Translations under genes and position numbers: made by a program
Shown here: positions 10,403 through 21,125 of the stretch, in pieces
Numbering within the stretch: the first letter of the stretch is position 1
Layout: each line of letters opens with the position of its first letter
Notes under the pieces: generated by a model
What the model saw: only the letters and a program-made list of their open reading frames with translations
Databases searched by the model: none
Told to the model about the DNA's origin: nothing
Source: an uncultured Gemmatimonadaceae bacterium
GTDB lineage: Bacteria; Gemmatimonadota; Gemmatimonadetes; Gemmatimonadales; Gemmatimonadaceae
Length of the DNA: 64,000 bases
Direction: 5' to 3'
Assembly (NCBI GenBank): GCA_963829055.1
Contig: CAWHHI010000017.1
Span: 196,959-260,958 of the forward strand

Positions 10403-12527
10403 GTGCATCTGCGGCTGTTGTCGGTGCGGGATCGCAAGCTTGCCATCGGGCTTGTAGCCGCGCTCGTTCTCATCGCCTTGGTCAGCCTTCGCGGCGCTGA
10501 CCTGTGGCGGCGCCGGGGGCAGATCCTTCGCGCCGGCGATCATCGCGCCGAGAATCTCGCACTGATCCTCGCGGGCTACCTGCGAGAGACGTTCGGGGCT
10601 GCTGACGCGGCGCTGCGCCAGGTGGCGTTGCAGAGCCGACGTGTCGGAGGCCCGGGTTCGGCGGACGCGGAATTGCTTGCCGTGCTCCAGGCCGCACGCG
10701 TAGGGCTCACCGGAGTCGGCTCGATCTCGCTCGTCGATGCGGGTGGCATCATCCGGCATGCGACGCAACCAGCGATCGTCGGTCAGTCCCGGCGCGATCA
10801 GTTCGTCTTCACGCAGCTCTCGTCAGATACGGTCGACCGTCTGGTCGTGGACCTGCCGTTCAAGATCGTCGTCCCCAACCGAGCGACGATCATCCCGCTT
10901 GGCCGACGCCTGACGACGCGGACGGGCGCATTCGATGGCATCGTCATCGCGTCGATGTTTCCCGACTCGCTCCGCGCGTTTTTCCGCAACGTCGATGTCG
11001 GGCGCGAAGGCAGCGTCTCGGTGCTCCACGATGGCGGCTCGGTGCTCATTCGCGAACCGTCTGATCGGGAATCCCATTGGCGAGCAGGCCACCGGAAGTC
11101 CGCTGTTCGAGACCGCCAAACGCATTGGCGGAAACGGTCTCTATCGTGGGCGCATGGAGGCTGATGCGCCGATTCTTCGAACCGCATTCCGCGCGCTGGC
11201 CGACCAGCATCTGATTGTCGCGGTCTCACTGAGCGAGCACGAGCTGCTGGCCGAATGGACTCGAGATGCGGTGACATTGGTGTCCGTTGGGTTATTCGTC
11301 ACGTTCGCGGTGGCGGCGTTTCTGCTTCTGCTCTACCGGCAGATGGACATCCGCGACTCGGCCGAGCAGGCGCTGATTCGCGCGCAGCGGCTGGAGTCAC
11401 TCGGCCAACTCACGGGCGGTGTCGCGCACGACTTCAACAACCTGCTCACCGTCGTGCTGGGCAATGTTTCGCTGCTCAAGGCGTTGGCTGGTCAGGACAT
11501 GACGGCGCAGGACGAATCGCTCGCGGAGATCGAGCGTGCTGGCCGGCGCGCCGCCGATCTCACCAAGCAACTGCTGGCGTTTGCGCGCCGGCAGCCGCTC
11601 ATGCCGCGGGTGGTGGACCTGGCAGTGTCGGTCGCGGGCGCCGAACCGATGCTTCGACGCGTGCTCGGCGATCGCGTGGCGCTGAAGGTCGTGCCTGCCG
11701 CGACCCAGTGCCTCGCCAACGCTGATCCGGTGCAGATCGAGACCGCGCTGCTCAACCTGTGTGTCAACGCGCGCGACGCGATGCCAGGCGGTGGGACCGT
11801 GATCATCGAGGTGGGCAAGGCGACGCTGGACGAGAACTATGCGCGGAGCGTCGGCGACGCTGCACCCGGGCGGTACTCGCTCATTGCGGTCAACGATTCG
11901 GGCAGCGGCATTGCGCCCGAGCACCTCCCGCGCGTGTTCGAGCCCTTCTTCACGACGAAGCGGCCCGGCCAGGGAACCGGCCTCGGTCTGAGCATGGTGT
12001 ACGGCTTCGTGAAGCAGTCTGGCGGACACCTGAAGGTGTACAGCGAGCCCGGTCGGGGGACGTCGGTCAAGATGTATTTCCCGGAGGCCACGGGTACCCC
12101 GGCTGTCGCGACGCCCCAGCCTGACGAGGAGCCGCGTGGCTACGGGGAGGTCGTGCTGCTCGTGGAGGACGAGCCGGGGGTGCGCTCGCTCGCCGTGCGT
12201 ATCCTCCGGCGGCTCGGCTACACGGTGCTCGAGGCAGCGGATGGGGCGTCGGCCCTCGCGCTGGCGCAGACGAATACGCGGATCGATCTGTTGCTGACGG
12301 ACGTCATGCTTCCGGGCGAGCTGACGGGCCCGCGCATCGCGGAGACGCTCCTGAAGCAGCGGCCGGACTTGCCGGTCGTGTTCGCGTCGGGGTACTCTCG
12401 GGAGATGATCGACCTGGGGGCGCGCACCGGGACGGCGTTGCGCTTTCTGCCGAAGCCGTACGATCGGCGGTCGCTGGCCGTGGCCGTGCGGGATGCGCTG
12501 CAGAATCGGCCGGCGCGTTCTCGTTAG
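10403..12527 (+). CDS. Hybrid sensor histidine kinase (TM-Cache-TM-HisKA-HATPase-REC), frameshifted near 11065
   Basis: Frame 1 gives TM plus Cache-like region; frame 2 gives AHDFNNLL, NARDAM, GTGLGL and REC (LLVEDE, DLLLTD, KP); TATACT at 10374-10379. Confidence 0.85.
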
Positions 12528-12721
12528 GCGCGAGAGGTGGAATGATGCGGCCCGCTTGCGCCCTGGTGGTATGTGAAAGGCTTGTACCCCGTGCTATCTA
12601 TCTACCGGACTATCTGCGTAGCGACCGGAGCGGGCACCGTCACCGCCATGGTCGAAACAGATCACATCACTCGTCGCGGCCGCCCTGCGGCGACGATCAC
12701 CGGACTGACGGAGGACATCGC

Positions 12722-13462
12722 ATGAACGCAGGATTTGTCAGCTCTGCACACGCATCTGCACACTCATCGGCACACCGGTCGAACCGGGTGCCTGCTCGTT
12801 TCGCTCGCGTGGCGCTCATTGCCGCGGTCACGATCGCGGCCGCCTGCGGCGGGGACGATGGAAGTACCGACCCATCGACCCCGCTCGCGATCAGTCGGGT
12901 CACTCCCGACAGCCAGTCGACGCCCGCGGGCGTGAAGATGGCGCAGCCGCTCGTCGTGCTGGTGACCGGTGGCGGGAGCGCGCCGCTCGCGAATACGCCG
13001 GTGGAATGGACGATCGGGGCAGGCGGCGGTACCCTGTCCGCGACGGTGGGGCAGACGGACGCGCAGGGGCACGCGCAGACGACCTACACGCCTGGCTCGG
13101 CGCTCGGGGTCGCGCGCGTCACGGCTCAAGCGGGCTCGCTGCCCGGCCTGACGTTCACCATCACGCTCACGGCTGGTGCCCCGAAGGCGGTACAGAAGTT
13201 CGGGTCCGACAGCCCGGCTGCGATCGCGGGCTCGAAGCTGTCGTTCAGCGTGAAGGTCGTCGACGAATTCGGGAACGCGATCACGGGCAGCGTCGTGAAC
13301 TGGAGCGCGCCGACGGGAACGGTGGGTGCGGCAACGAGCACGACGGACGCGGGCGGCGTGGCGACGGTGCAGTACACGCTGGGCGCGGATCGCGGGACGT
13401 ACACGCTGACGGCCACGGTTGCCGGGCTGCCACCACTGACATTCTCGATTATTGCCATCTAG
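12722..13462 (+). CDS. Lipoprotein with two bacterial Ig-like (Big_1) domains
   Basis: GGAGGA RBS, lipobox AAAC-GG, two TD..G.A...YT repeats. Confidence 0.8.
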   Translation: MNAGFVSSAHASAHSSAHRSNRVPARFARVALIAAVTIAAACGGDDGSTDPSTPLAISRVTPDSQSTPAGVKMAQPLVVLVTGGGSAPLANTPVEWTIGAGGGTLSATVGQTDAQGHAQTTYTPGSALGVARVTAQAGSLPGLTFTITLTAGAPKAVQKFGSDSPAAIAGSKLSFSVKVVDEFGNAITGSVVNWSAPTGTVGAATSTTDAGGVATVQYTLGADRGTYTLTATVAGLPPLTFSIIAI

Positions 13463-13653
13463 CGTCGTGCTGCGTGCTGCGTGCATGGCGCACGGTGCTG
13501 CTTGTACGTCGCATTGGCCACTCGCTTTGTGCTGCTAACAGCGGCGGCATGCTGCGTGGAGCCGCATGCCGCATGCAGCCGCTGGTCGCAGCACGCGGCG
13601 AGCCGCCCGAGCGACGATACAAGCAGCAAGCTGCAGTGGACGCAGCCCGTAGC

Positions 13654-14192
13654 ATGGAGCAGAGCGACGCCGTAAGGCTGATCGGTGCGGCGGTACCCGC
13701 AGGTGCGGCGACGTGGGCTGACCTCGGCGCCGGATCCGGAACGTTCACGCTGGCGCTCGCGTCGTTGCTCGGGCCAGGCGGTATCGTGTACGCGGTGGAC
13801 CGAGACACGGATGCTCTGCGCAAGCTCGTGCGGCCCGGGCATCGAACGCAGCGATCGAGCGCAGATCCAGCACCGTAGTCGCCGACTTCCGGGAGCCGCT
13901 CCAACTCCCGACGCTCGACGGCGTGCTGATCGCGAACGCCCTTCACTACGTGCCGTACGCCGACCAGGCCCGCGTCCTCCGGCAGATCGCGGCGCTGGTC
14001 ACGCCAGCGGGCCCGCTCGTGGTCGTGGAGTACGAGCGGCGCAACGCGAATCCGTGGGTCCCCTACCCTATCCCAATCGCCACGCTGGCGGAGGTTGCGC
14101 GCGACGCCGGACTCGGGGCACCAACGCCGCTCGCCAGCCGGCCGTCCCGTTACAGCGGAGCCATCTACTCCGCCGTCGTCAGGCGCGACTGA
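13654..14192 (+). CDS. Class I SAM-dependent methyltransferase (one or two indels at about 13830-13875)
   Basis: WADLGAGSGTFT motif I and VYAVD; continues in another frame as VVADF...LDGVLIANALHY...LVVVEY. Confidence 0.8.
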
Positions 14193-14208
14193 GCTTGCCG
14201 CCGGGGCT

Positions 14209-16768
14209 TCAGTGCAGCGTCAGCAGCCGCCGGAACTCGGCGTCGTTCCGGAGCGACGCGAACTCCGCGTACTCGCGAATCGCCGGGACCATGAAACGAC
14301 CGCCTTCGTCCAACGCCGCAGTCAGGAGCGTCAGCGCCTGAGCACGTCGGCCTAACGACGCAGCAATCCGCGCGCGGTACAGTGTGCGCGTGAACGTGTA
14401 CGGCGTGCGCGACGTGGCGAGCCAGTGATCGGCGACGTCCACGTCCGTGCTGTCGTCGCACGTTGCCGCGACCAGGCCAGCGTAGCCGCGCAGGTCCACG
14501 TTTGCGCTGTCACTCACCGCGAGATCCGCGAAGGCAGCCTGCGCGTCACCGTGACGACCGAGCTCGTAGAGAACCTGCGCGCGCTCCAACGGCAATGAGC
14601 GGTCTCCCGCCCGCCCCGCCATCGCGTCGAGAGCTCCGAGCGCCCGCGTTAGGGTTCGACGACCAGCCGCTGTGTCGCCGCGAGCGATGAGCGCGGCGGA
14701 CACACGACGGAGGCCGCTCGCGACCGTGGACGAAGGCGCGAGCGGGCGCACGAGCATCGTGTCGACGAGATGCTCCGCCTGTTCTGGATGACCATCGCGC
14801 GCGAGGAGCGTCGCCTCGAGCACCCACGCGCGCGCGTAGCTCGGGGAGCGCGCTCGCGACCATCGCGCGACGTCGATGCCGTGCGATGCGTCGCCAGTCG
14901 CCGAGAGGACCTGCGCGTACACGAGCGCGAAGTTCGGCCCGACCTCCGCCACGCCCTGCTCCAGCCGATGGCGGCCGAGGAGCTCCTTCGCCTCCATGAA
15001 GCGCCCGAGCTGCATGGCCTGAAGCGCGAGCGAGTACTCGAGAAACGCGGAACGCGGACGCAGGTCCGCGACGGCGCGGGCCTCGTCGTATGCGCGTTGC
15101 CAATCGCCGCGACACTGCGCGACCTGACCGTCGAGCACGTGGTGTTCGTATGGCGCGAGTCTCGTTACGCACGGCATCGAGCTCGGCGGCGATGGCCTCC
15201 GTGCGTTGGCATTCTCCGACCAGACGATGCAGGATGGCCGCCTCGACGCGGGCGGCGTAGAACGTCGAATCAAGCGCGGTCGCGCGGAGAAAGTGCCGTA
15301 ACGCCCCGCGTCGATCGCTGCCCCAGATGCTTTGCCCCGTCACGAACTCACGATACGCCTCGTAGCTCGGCGGCTTGGACGCGACGCGAACCCACGAGCT
15401 GAGTCGCGGGTCCACCAGCGATGCGAGACCACCTACCGTGCGCTGTCGCACCGCTTCGAGCGGCTGTGACGCGTCGCTCACGGTGCCTCCTTCGGCGTCG
15501 AAGGCGTCGAGGACTTCACCGCGCGCGACGTCGCTGATCTTGACGTGAAATCGCAGGTGATCGCCGACGTTGTAGTACGCACCCGTGACGAGTGTGCCAG
15601 CGCCAAGATTCGCGGCGCGACGAGCATCGGCGTTCGCATCCGACGACGCCTCTGGTGCACGAGGCGCGGGCTCCACGGCCTCGGCGCGACGTGCCGAGGC
15701 GACCGCGACGACGCCAGTGCGCTCGAGCCCCTCGGCGACCCAGTCGCTCGCCATCCCACCGACCTGATCGAGCGCGCGATCGCCGGTGCGGTTCTCGAAC
15801 CACGCGACGTACACGCGCTTCGTGTCCAGCGGCTCGTCGTGTCGACGAGAGATTTCCACGCCTGCGAGGATGGCAGCCAGCGATGCGGCCGCCGCGGTCC
15901 CCCACGCGAATCTCCGCGCCCTCCGCCCGCGCGCATGGGGCGCTGCCACGTTAGGCGCCGTGATCGGCGTGGCGGTTGGCACCGTGATCGGCACGTCTGG
16001 CAGCGCCGGTGCCGGCGCGGGCACGGCTATCGTAGCCGAGCTGCGCGGCGCTTCATCGCGCGGGGCTGCAACGCGCAGCGCTTCGACGAACGCGATGAAC
16101 GCCCGGTCGGGCTCTGCCTCGAGGTGCTCGCGAACGAGAGCCTCGTGAACGCGCGCCGCCTGTAGCGCACCAACGCTGTCTCCATCCGCGACAAGCGCCT
16201 GCACGAGCTCCAGCGCGACACGCGAGCTGAACGGGTCGCTCGACGCGAGGCGGCGCCACCACTGCGCGGCCTCGTGTGCGCTCCCCTGACGCGCCGCATC
16301 ACGGGCCAGCGACTCGACCGCGTCCGCATGGAGAATTCCAAGGCGCACGCGCTCGGCGTCGATAGTCTGCTGCAAGTCCGGCGAGCCGCGAAGGTGGATG
16401 CCGTCGAGATACGGGCCATCGTAGAGCGCGGCGACGGTCGAGAGCTCACCGCGACGATGCGCGGCCTCGAGCTCCCAGGCATCACACAGCACCACGTCCG
16501 CGTTCAGCCGCAGCACCGTCGTTCCCGTCACGACGCTGGCCGAGTCCGCGTCGCGGCGCAGCGCGTAGAGCGACTGACCGAGCGAGTGGCGGGCCTTTTC
16601 TTCGGGACTGTCGGGCCAGAGCAACGCGGCGGCTCGGTCCCGCGAGACGCCGCGCGGCCCCGCCGTCACGAGCAGCGCCAGCAGCGCCACGCGCTGCGAT
16701 GGGATCTCGCGCGGGACGCCGTCGGACCGAACGGCGCACCAGCCGCCTAACGTCTTGAGTCGCAACAT
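14209..16768 (-). CDS. SARP-type wHTH-BTAD regulator with TM, TolB-like and TPR regions (frameshift near 15160)
   Basis: LRLKTLGG, SRDRAAALLWPDS, LYDGPYLDG, DPFS; FENRTGD; TPR-like C-terminus in ORF 14209-15273. Confidence 0.82.
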
Positions 16769-16785
16769 GATGCCCGGATGGAACG

Positions 16786-16818
16786 CGCGCCGATGACGCG
16801 CCGATGATCGATCGATGA
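16786..16818. promoter_or_regulatory. Three direct repeats with 11-bp period (putative SARP operator)
   Basis: cgcgcCGATGA cgcgcCGATGA tcgatCGATGA between the divergent BTAD and RCC1 genes. Confidence 0.55.
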
Positions 16819-16896
16819 CCCCCGGAGGCGACCGTCGCGTGGTCCGTTCGGTCCGTCGTGGACCGCGAACCACTCACTCGACACTCTGGGGGACGC

Positions 16897-17774
16897 ATGG
16901 TGCGCCCGACGATGATCGCGCTCTGGTCAGTATTGCTCCTTGCCGTTCGCGAGGGGAACGATCCAGGGACGAACCGCGCTGGGGAGGCCTCCGGACGGCA
17001 GGCGCCTCCCCTGCCGACGGTTTCGCTGGGGACGGAACACGGGTGCGGGCTCGCCGCCGGCGGCCAGGCGTACTGCTGGGGCTCGAACCGGCTCGGCCAG
17101 CTCGGCGATGATCGCGTCACGTCCGTGGCCGCGACCGTGGCGAGCGCCGTCCCCGTGGCGACGTCGCAGTCGTTCACGACGATCAGCGCCGGCGCGAACC
17201 ACACGTGCGCGATCACCGCGGTGGGCGAGGCGTACTGCTGGGGACTGAACCTCACCGGCGAGCTCGCCCAGCGCGCTGGTCGCGAACGAATGCGACGGAT
17301 TTCCGTGCAGTCGGCGTCCGGTGCGAGTGGAGACGAGCGCGCGATTCGATACGGTCTCCGCGGGTTTTGGCCATACGTGCGCGCTGAGCCTGGGTCGCGC
17401 GCTCTGCTGGGGGCGAAACGATCGTGGACAACTGGGAACGGCGCACGCGGACGACAGGTGCGACGGCATTGCCTGCAACGTGACACCGAGCGCGGGTGTC
17501 TACCGCGGACGGGCTCGCGTCCATGACGTTCACGTCGATCTCCGCGGGCGGCGATCACACCTGCGGGATTGCCGGCGGCGTCGCGTACTGCTGGGGATCG
17601 AACCAGTACGGCCAGCTCGGCCTGCCGATGTCGGTGCAGCGCAGCAGTCGTCCGATCGCCGTCCCATCAGTCGAGCGGCTGATCTCGATCCAGGCGAAGG
17701 GGATTCGAACATGCGGGCGGACAACTACCGGCAGGGAGACGTGCTGGGGAGCTGTCGGTGCGACAATGCCGTAG
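16897..17774 (+). CDS. RCC1-repeat protein (frameshifts near 17280 and 17500)
   Basis: Repeated ISAG..HTC...G.AYCWG.N..GQLG units spread over three frames. Confidence 0.82.
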
Positions 17775-17848
17775 CCGTTAGGCAGCGGAGTCCGGTGGCC
17801 GAGCCGGCCGCCGCTTTGCGGCGGCCGCGGCAGCACGTACAATGCAGT

Positions 17849-18820
17849 ATGACCAAGCATCAGGTCCCGCAGGTGGATCGAACCGCCCGCGCGGCCGCGA
17901 GCACGCATCTCATCATCCCGACGGGAACGCAGGTCGTCTCACGCGTCGAGGTGCGTGCCGCGTCCGGCGCGGTGGTGTGCCCGCTGGGCGCCGCGGGTGT
18001 CGTGGTGCGCGCCCCCGACGACGCGACGCACGCGTACCGCGTTAGGCTGCCGGACGGCACCGAGGTCTCGCTCCGGCGGCAGGAGATCTCCATCCGCAAG
18101 CACGTGCAGCAGGAAGATCTCGACGCCGTCGGCGAGGTGCTCGCCGATCACGATCTCTACGAGTTCGTCATCTACCGCTGCGTCCTCGGCTCGCACGCAT
18201 ACGGGCTCGCGCACGAGCAGTCCGATACCGACCGGCGTGGCATCTACCTCCCGCCGGCAGAGCTCCACTGGTCATTGTACGGCGTGCCCGAGCAGCTCGA
18301 AGACAAGAAGACGGACGAGGTGTACTGGGAGATCCGGAAATTCGTGTCGCTGGCGCTCAAGTCCAATCCGAACATCCTCGAGTGCCTGTACACGCCGATC
18401 GTCGAGATCGCGACGCCGCTCGCGCAGGAGCTGCTCGAGATGCGCACGATGTTCCTCTCGAAGCTGATCTATCAGACGTACAACGGCTACGTGCTCAGCC
18501 AGTTCAAGCGGCTCGAGCAGGATCTGCGCACGACCGGGACGCTCAAGTGGAAGCACGCGATGCACCTCATCCGCCTGCTGATCGCGGGCGTGACGGCGTT
18601 GCGCGAAGGCTACGTGCCGGTGCGCGTCGACGCCCATCGCGATCGACTACTGGCGATCAAGCGCGGCGAGGTCGAGTGGCCCGAGGTGGACGCATGGCGG
18701 CTCGCGCTGCACAAGGAGTTCGATCACGCGCTCGAGACCACTGCGCTCCCCGACAGGCCTGACTACGAGCGTGCGAATGCATTTCTCATCAGAGCTCGTC
18801 GCGCGATGGTCAATCCATGA
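17849..18820 (+). CDS. RlaP / Nuc-transf family Pol-beta nucleotidyltransferase with N-terminal extension
   Basis: GSHAYGL...SDTDRRG, LALKSNPNILE, WKHAMHLIRLL, LPDRPD; TACAAT 5 nt before the ATG. Confidence 0.85.
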   Translation: MTKHQVPQVDRTARAAASTHLIIPTGTQVVSRVEVRAASGAVVCPLGAAGVVVRAPDDATHAYRVRLPDGTEVSLRRQEISIRKHVQQEDLDAVGEVLADHDLYEFVIYRCVLGSHAYGLAHEQSDTDRRGIYLPPAELHWSLYGVPEQLEDKKTDEVYWEIRKFVSLALKSNPNILECLYTPIVEIATPLAQELLEMRTMFLSKLIYQTYNGYVLSQFKRLEQDLRTTGTLKWKHAMHLIRLLIAGVTALREGYVPVRVDAHRDRLLAIKRGEVEWPEVDAWRLALHKEFDHALETTALPDRPDYERANAFLIRARRAMVNP

Positions 18821-19626
18821 ACGCTCGGATGGCGGACGGCGCACAGCGGATGGCGAACGATTCTCGGCTTCTCGCGGAGGTCGCGCAGCATCCGCATCGG
18901 CTGCTGTTCGCGACGGTGAGCGGTGCGCACCTGTACGGATTTCCGTCTCCGGATTCCGACTTCGACCTGCGCGGAACACACGTGACGCCGGTGGAGCTAC
19001 TCACGGGTCTCGACCGCGTGAATGAAACCGTCAAGCTGTCGCACGATCGCGACGGGGCGGAGATCGATCTCGTTACGCACGAGGTGCGGAAGTTCTTCTC
19101 GCTCCTGTTGCGCGACAACGGCTACGTGCTCGAGCAGTTGTACTCGCCACTCATCGTGCACACGAGCCCTGCGCACGACGAGTTGAAGGACGTCGCACGC
19201 GGATGCATCACGCGCCGCTGCGTACGCCACTACCTCGGCTTCGCGGTCAATCAATGGGGGCTGTTCGAGAAAGAGGAGCCGAGGCGGGTGAAGCCGCTGC
19301 TGTACGTCGTGCGCGTGCTGCTGTCGGGGATACACATGATGCGCACAGGCACGGTGAACGCGAATCTCCAGGAGTGCAACGATGCGCTCGGTGTGCATCG
19401 ACTGGACTGGGTCGACGAACTGATCGCGCGGAAGATGGCTGGCCCGGAGCGCGAGACGATCGGCGCGGAGGACTTCGCGTTCCACCATCGTGAGTATCTC
19501 CGGCTGCGTGAGTGGCTGGCACGTGAGGCGGAACAGAGCACGCTACCTGATCATGCGACCGCGGAGCCGGCGTTGCGGGATTTGTTACACCGTATCCGCT
19601 TCGGGGAAACCGAGCAGGCTGCGTGA
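18817..19626 (+). CDS. Second RlaP / Nuc-transf family nucleotidyltransferase
   Basis: SGAHLYGFPSPDSDFDLRG, NGYVLEQLYSPL, KPLLYVVRVLLSGIH; ATGA overlap with the upstream gene. Confidence 0.87.
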   Translation: MNARMADGAQRMANDSRLLAEVAQHPHRLLFATVSGAHLYGFPSPDSDFDLRGTHVTPVELLTGLDRVNETVKLSHDRDGAEIDLVTHEVRKFFSLLLRDNGYVLEQLYSPLIVHTSPAHDELKDVARGCITRRCVRHYLGFAVNQWGLFEKEEPRRVKPLLYVVRVLLSGIHMMRTGTVNANLQECNDALGVHRLDWVDELIARKMAGPERETIGAEDFAFHHREYLRLREWLAREAEQSTLPDHATAEPALRDLLHRIRFGETEQAA

Positions 19627-19635
19627 ACCGCAAAT

Positions 19636-19669
19636 GACAGGATTGACAGGATTGACAGGATTCGCAGGA
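19636..19669. repeat. GACAGGATT 9-bp tandem repeat (half of a REP-like family)
   Basis: gacaggatt x3; related arms at about 20876-20968. Confidence 0.7.
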
Positions 19670-19776
19670 AGACGACCCACACTCCACGCGTCGATTCGGT
19701 GTCCGCAACGCCGTTGTACTTTTCGTTCTGCACGTGCCCTGTTCGCGATCACCGTTCACGTCGCTCGCCAACGCAG

Positions 19777-20601
19777 ATGCCCACGCTGACCGTCGCCGGC
19801 GGAGCCGGACCGATTCACGTTGTCGATCTTCACGAAGAGAGCCCGACGCCTTCGGGCGAGTTGCCGATCGTGTTCGTCCACGGCATGGTGGGCCACACCG
19901 GCTTCTGGAAAGCAGCGCTGGCGGCCTGTGCTGACCGGCGCCGCGCCATAGCGATCGACCTGCGAGGCCACGGGAATTCGAAGCCCCCGAGTGACGGCGA
20001 CTACTCCGTGGAAGGGTGTGCGACGGACGTCCTCGCCGTCTTCGACGCGCTCGGCCTCGAGTCGGTGGTGCTCGTCGGTCACAGCTACGGCGCGCACGTG
20101 GTGATCGAAGCAGCCGCGCGGCAGCCATCCCGCGTTAGGCGTCTGATCCTCGTGGACCCGCCCGGCGACTTCACCACGTGGTCCGCTCAGATGCGCGAAG
20201 AGCAGATCGTTCCCTACCTCGCCTCCATGGACGGGGACAATTGGCGCGCCGTGGTCGAATCCGACTTCGACGACGCGCTCGTGGGCGGCACAAGCGCGAC
20301 GGCCGCTGCGATACACGCGAGACTGGCCACGATGCCACACGACGCGATGCGGTCGATGGCGCGCGGCATGATGAACTTCGGCGCGAAGGCGGCGCTGGAG
20401 CGCTACCTGGCCCATCCGGGCAGCTCGGTGCACGCGATCCTCGCGCCGCCTAACGCCTGGCCGTTCAGCCTCCACCTCCTCGTGCCGGCGATCACGACAA
20501 CGGTCGTCCCCGACGTCGGCCACTGGATCATGCTCGACGCGCCCGAGCGATTCATACAGGCGTTGGAGGAGGCTATTCAGGTCGGAGGAAGGAGGCCGTA
20601 G
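19777..20601 (+). CDS. Alpha/beta fold hydrolase
   Basis: VFVHG, DLRGHG, VGHSYG nucleophile, GHW. Confidence 0.88.
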   Translation: MPTLTVAGGAGPIHVVDLHEESPTPSGELPIVFVHGMVGHTGFWKAALAACADRRRAIAIDLRGHGNSKPPSDGDYSVEGCATDVLAVFDALGLESVVLVGHSYGAHVVIEAAARQPSRVRRLILVDPPGDFTTWSAQMREEQIVPYLASMDGDNWRAVVESDFDDALVGGTSATAAAIHARLATMPHDAMRSMARGMMNFGAKAALERYLAHPGSSVHAILAPPNAWPFSLHLLVPAITTTVVPDVGHWIMLDAPERFIQALEEAIQVGGRRP

Positions 20602-21125
20602 GAAGGAGGCGGTGTCATCCCGAGCGAAGCGAGGGACCTTCCGTGAAGTACTCGTGGCCGGCTGGCGTTCTGCGACTCGGAACGGCGGAACGCAGAGCGC
20701 TCTGAACGCGCAGACCTCGCAGAAAACTGCACCAGCAACGCGGGTTCTTTTCTGCGTCTTCTGGGCGGTCAGAGCGCTCTGCGTTGCGTAGTGCGGGCCA
20801 GCCTCGAGGCACTACCGGCTACGATGACCCTCGAGAAAGTCCCTCGCTGGCGCTCGGGATGACAACGAACAGCAGACAGGATTGCAGGATTGGGAGGATT
20901 CCGGGCGGGCGGATCGCGAGCGTCCCTCGAGACGTCTCTCCAATCCTGCCAATCCTGGCAATCCTGTCTCCGTTGTTGTTTGCTTTTTCTTCTTGCCGCA
21001 GCGGCTCGGGGTGGGTCAGGGGACCTTCTGTGATGTCATGGTAGCCGGTCCGGCCGCGAGTACTTCACGAAGGTCCCTCGCTGCCGCTCGGGATGACAGC
21101 CTCCTTCCTATGGCCTCCGTCCTCC
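20584..21125. repeat. Composite nested palindromic element with about 75-bp terminal inverted repeats (MITE/BIME-like)
   Basis: 20584-20661 is an imperfect reverse complement of 21050-21125; internal AACGCAGAG..CTCTGCGTT and CAGGATT..AATCCTG hairpins. Confidence 0.85.

Noticed and set aside
11040..11100. Programmed ribosomal frameshifting in the split genes
   Set aside because: No clear slippery heptamer was seen at the shifts, the gene families are not known for recoding, and indels are widespread.
17321..18820. Apparent 499-aa RCC1-nucleotidyltransferase fusion in the ORF track
   Set aside because: The first part is a frameshifted piece of the RCC1 gene that happens to be in frame. The nucleotidyltransferase has its own ATG at 17849.
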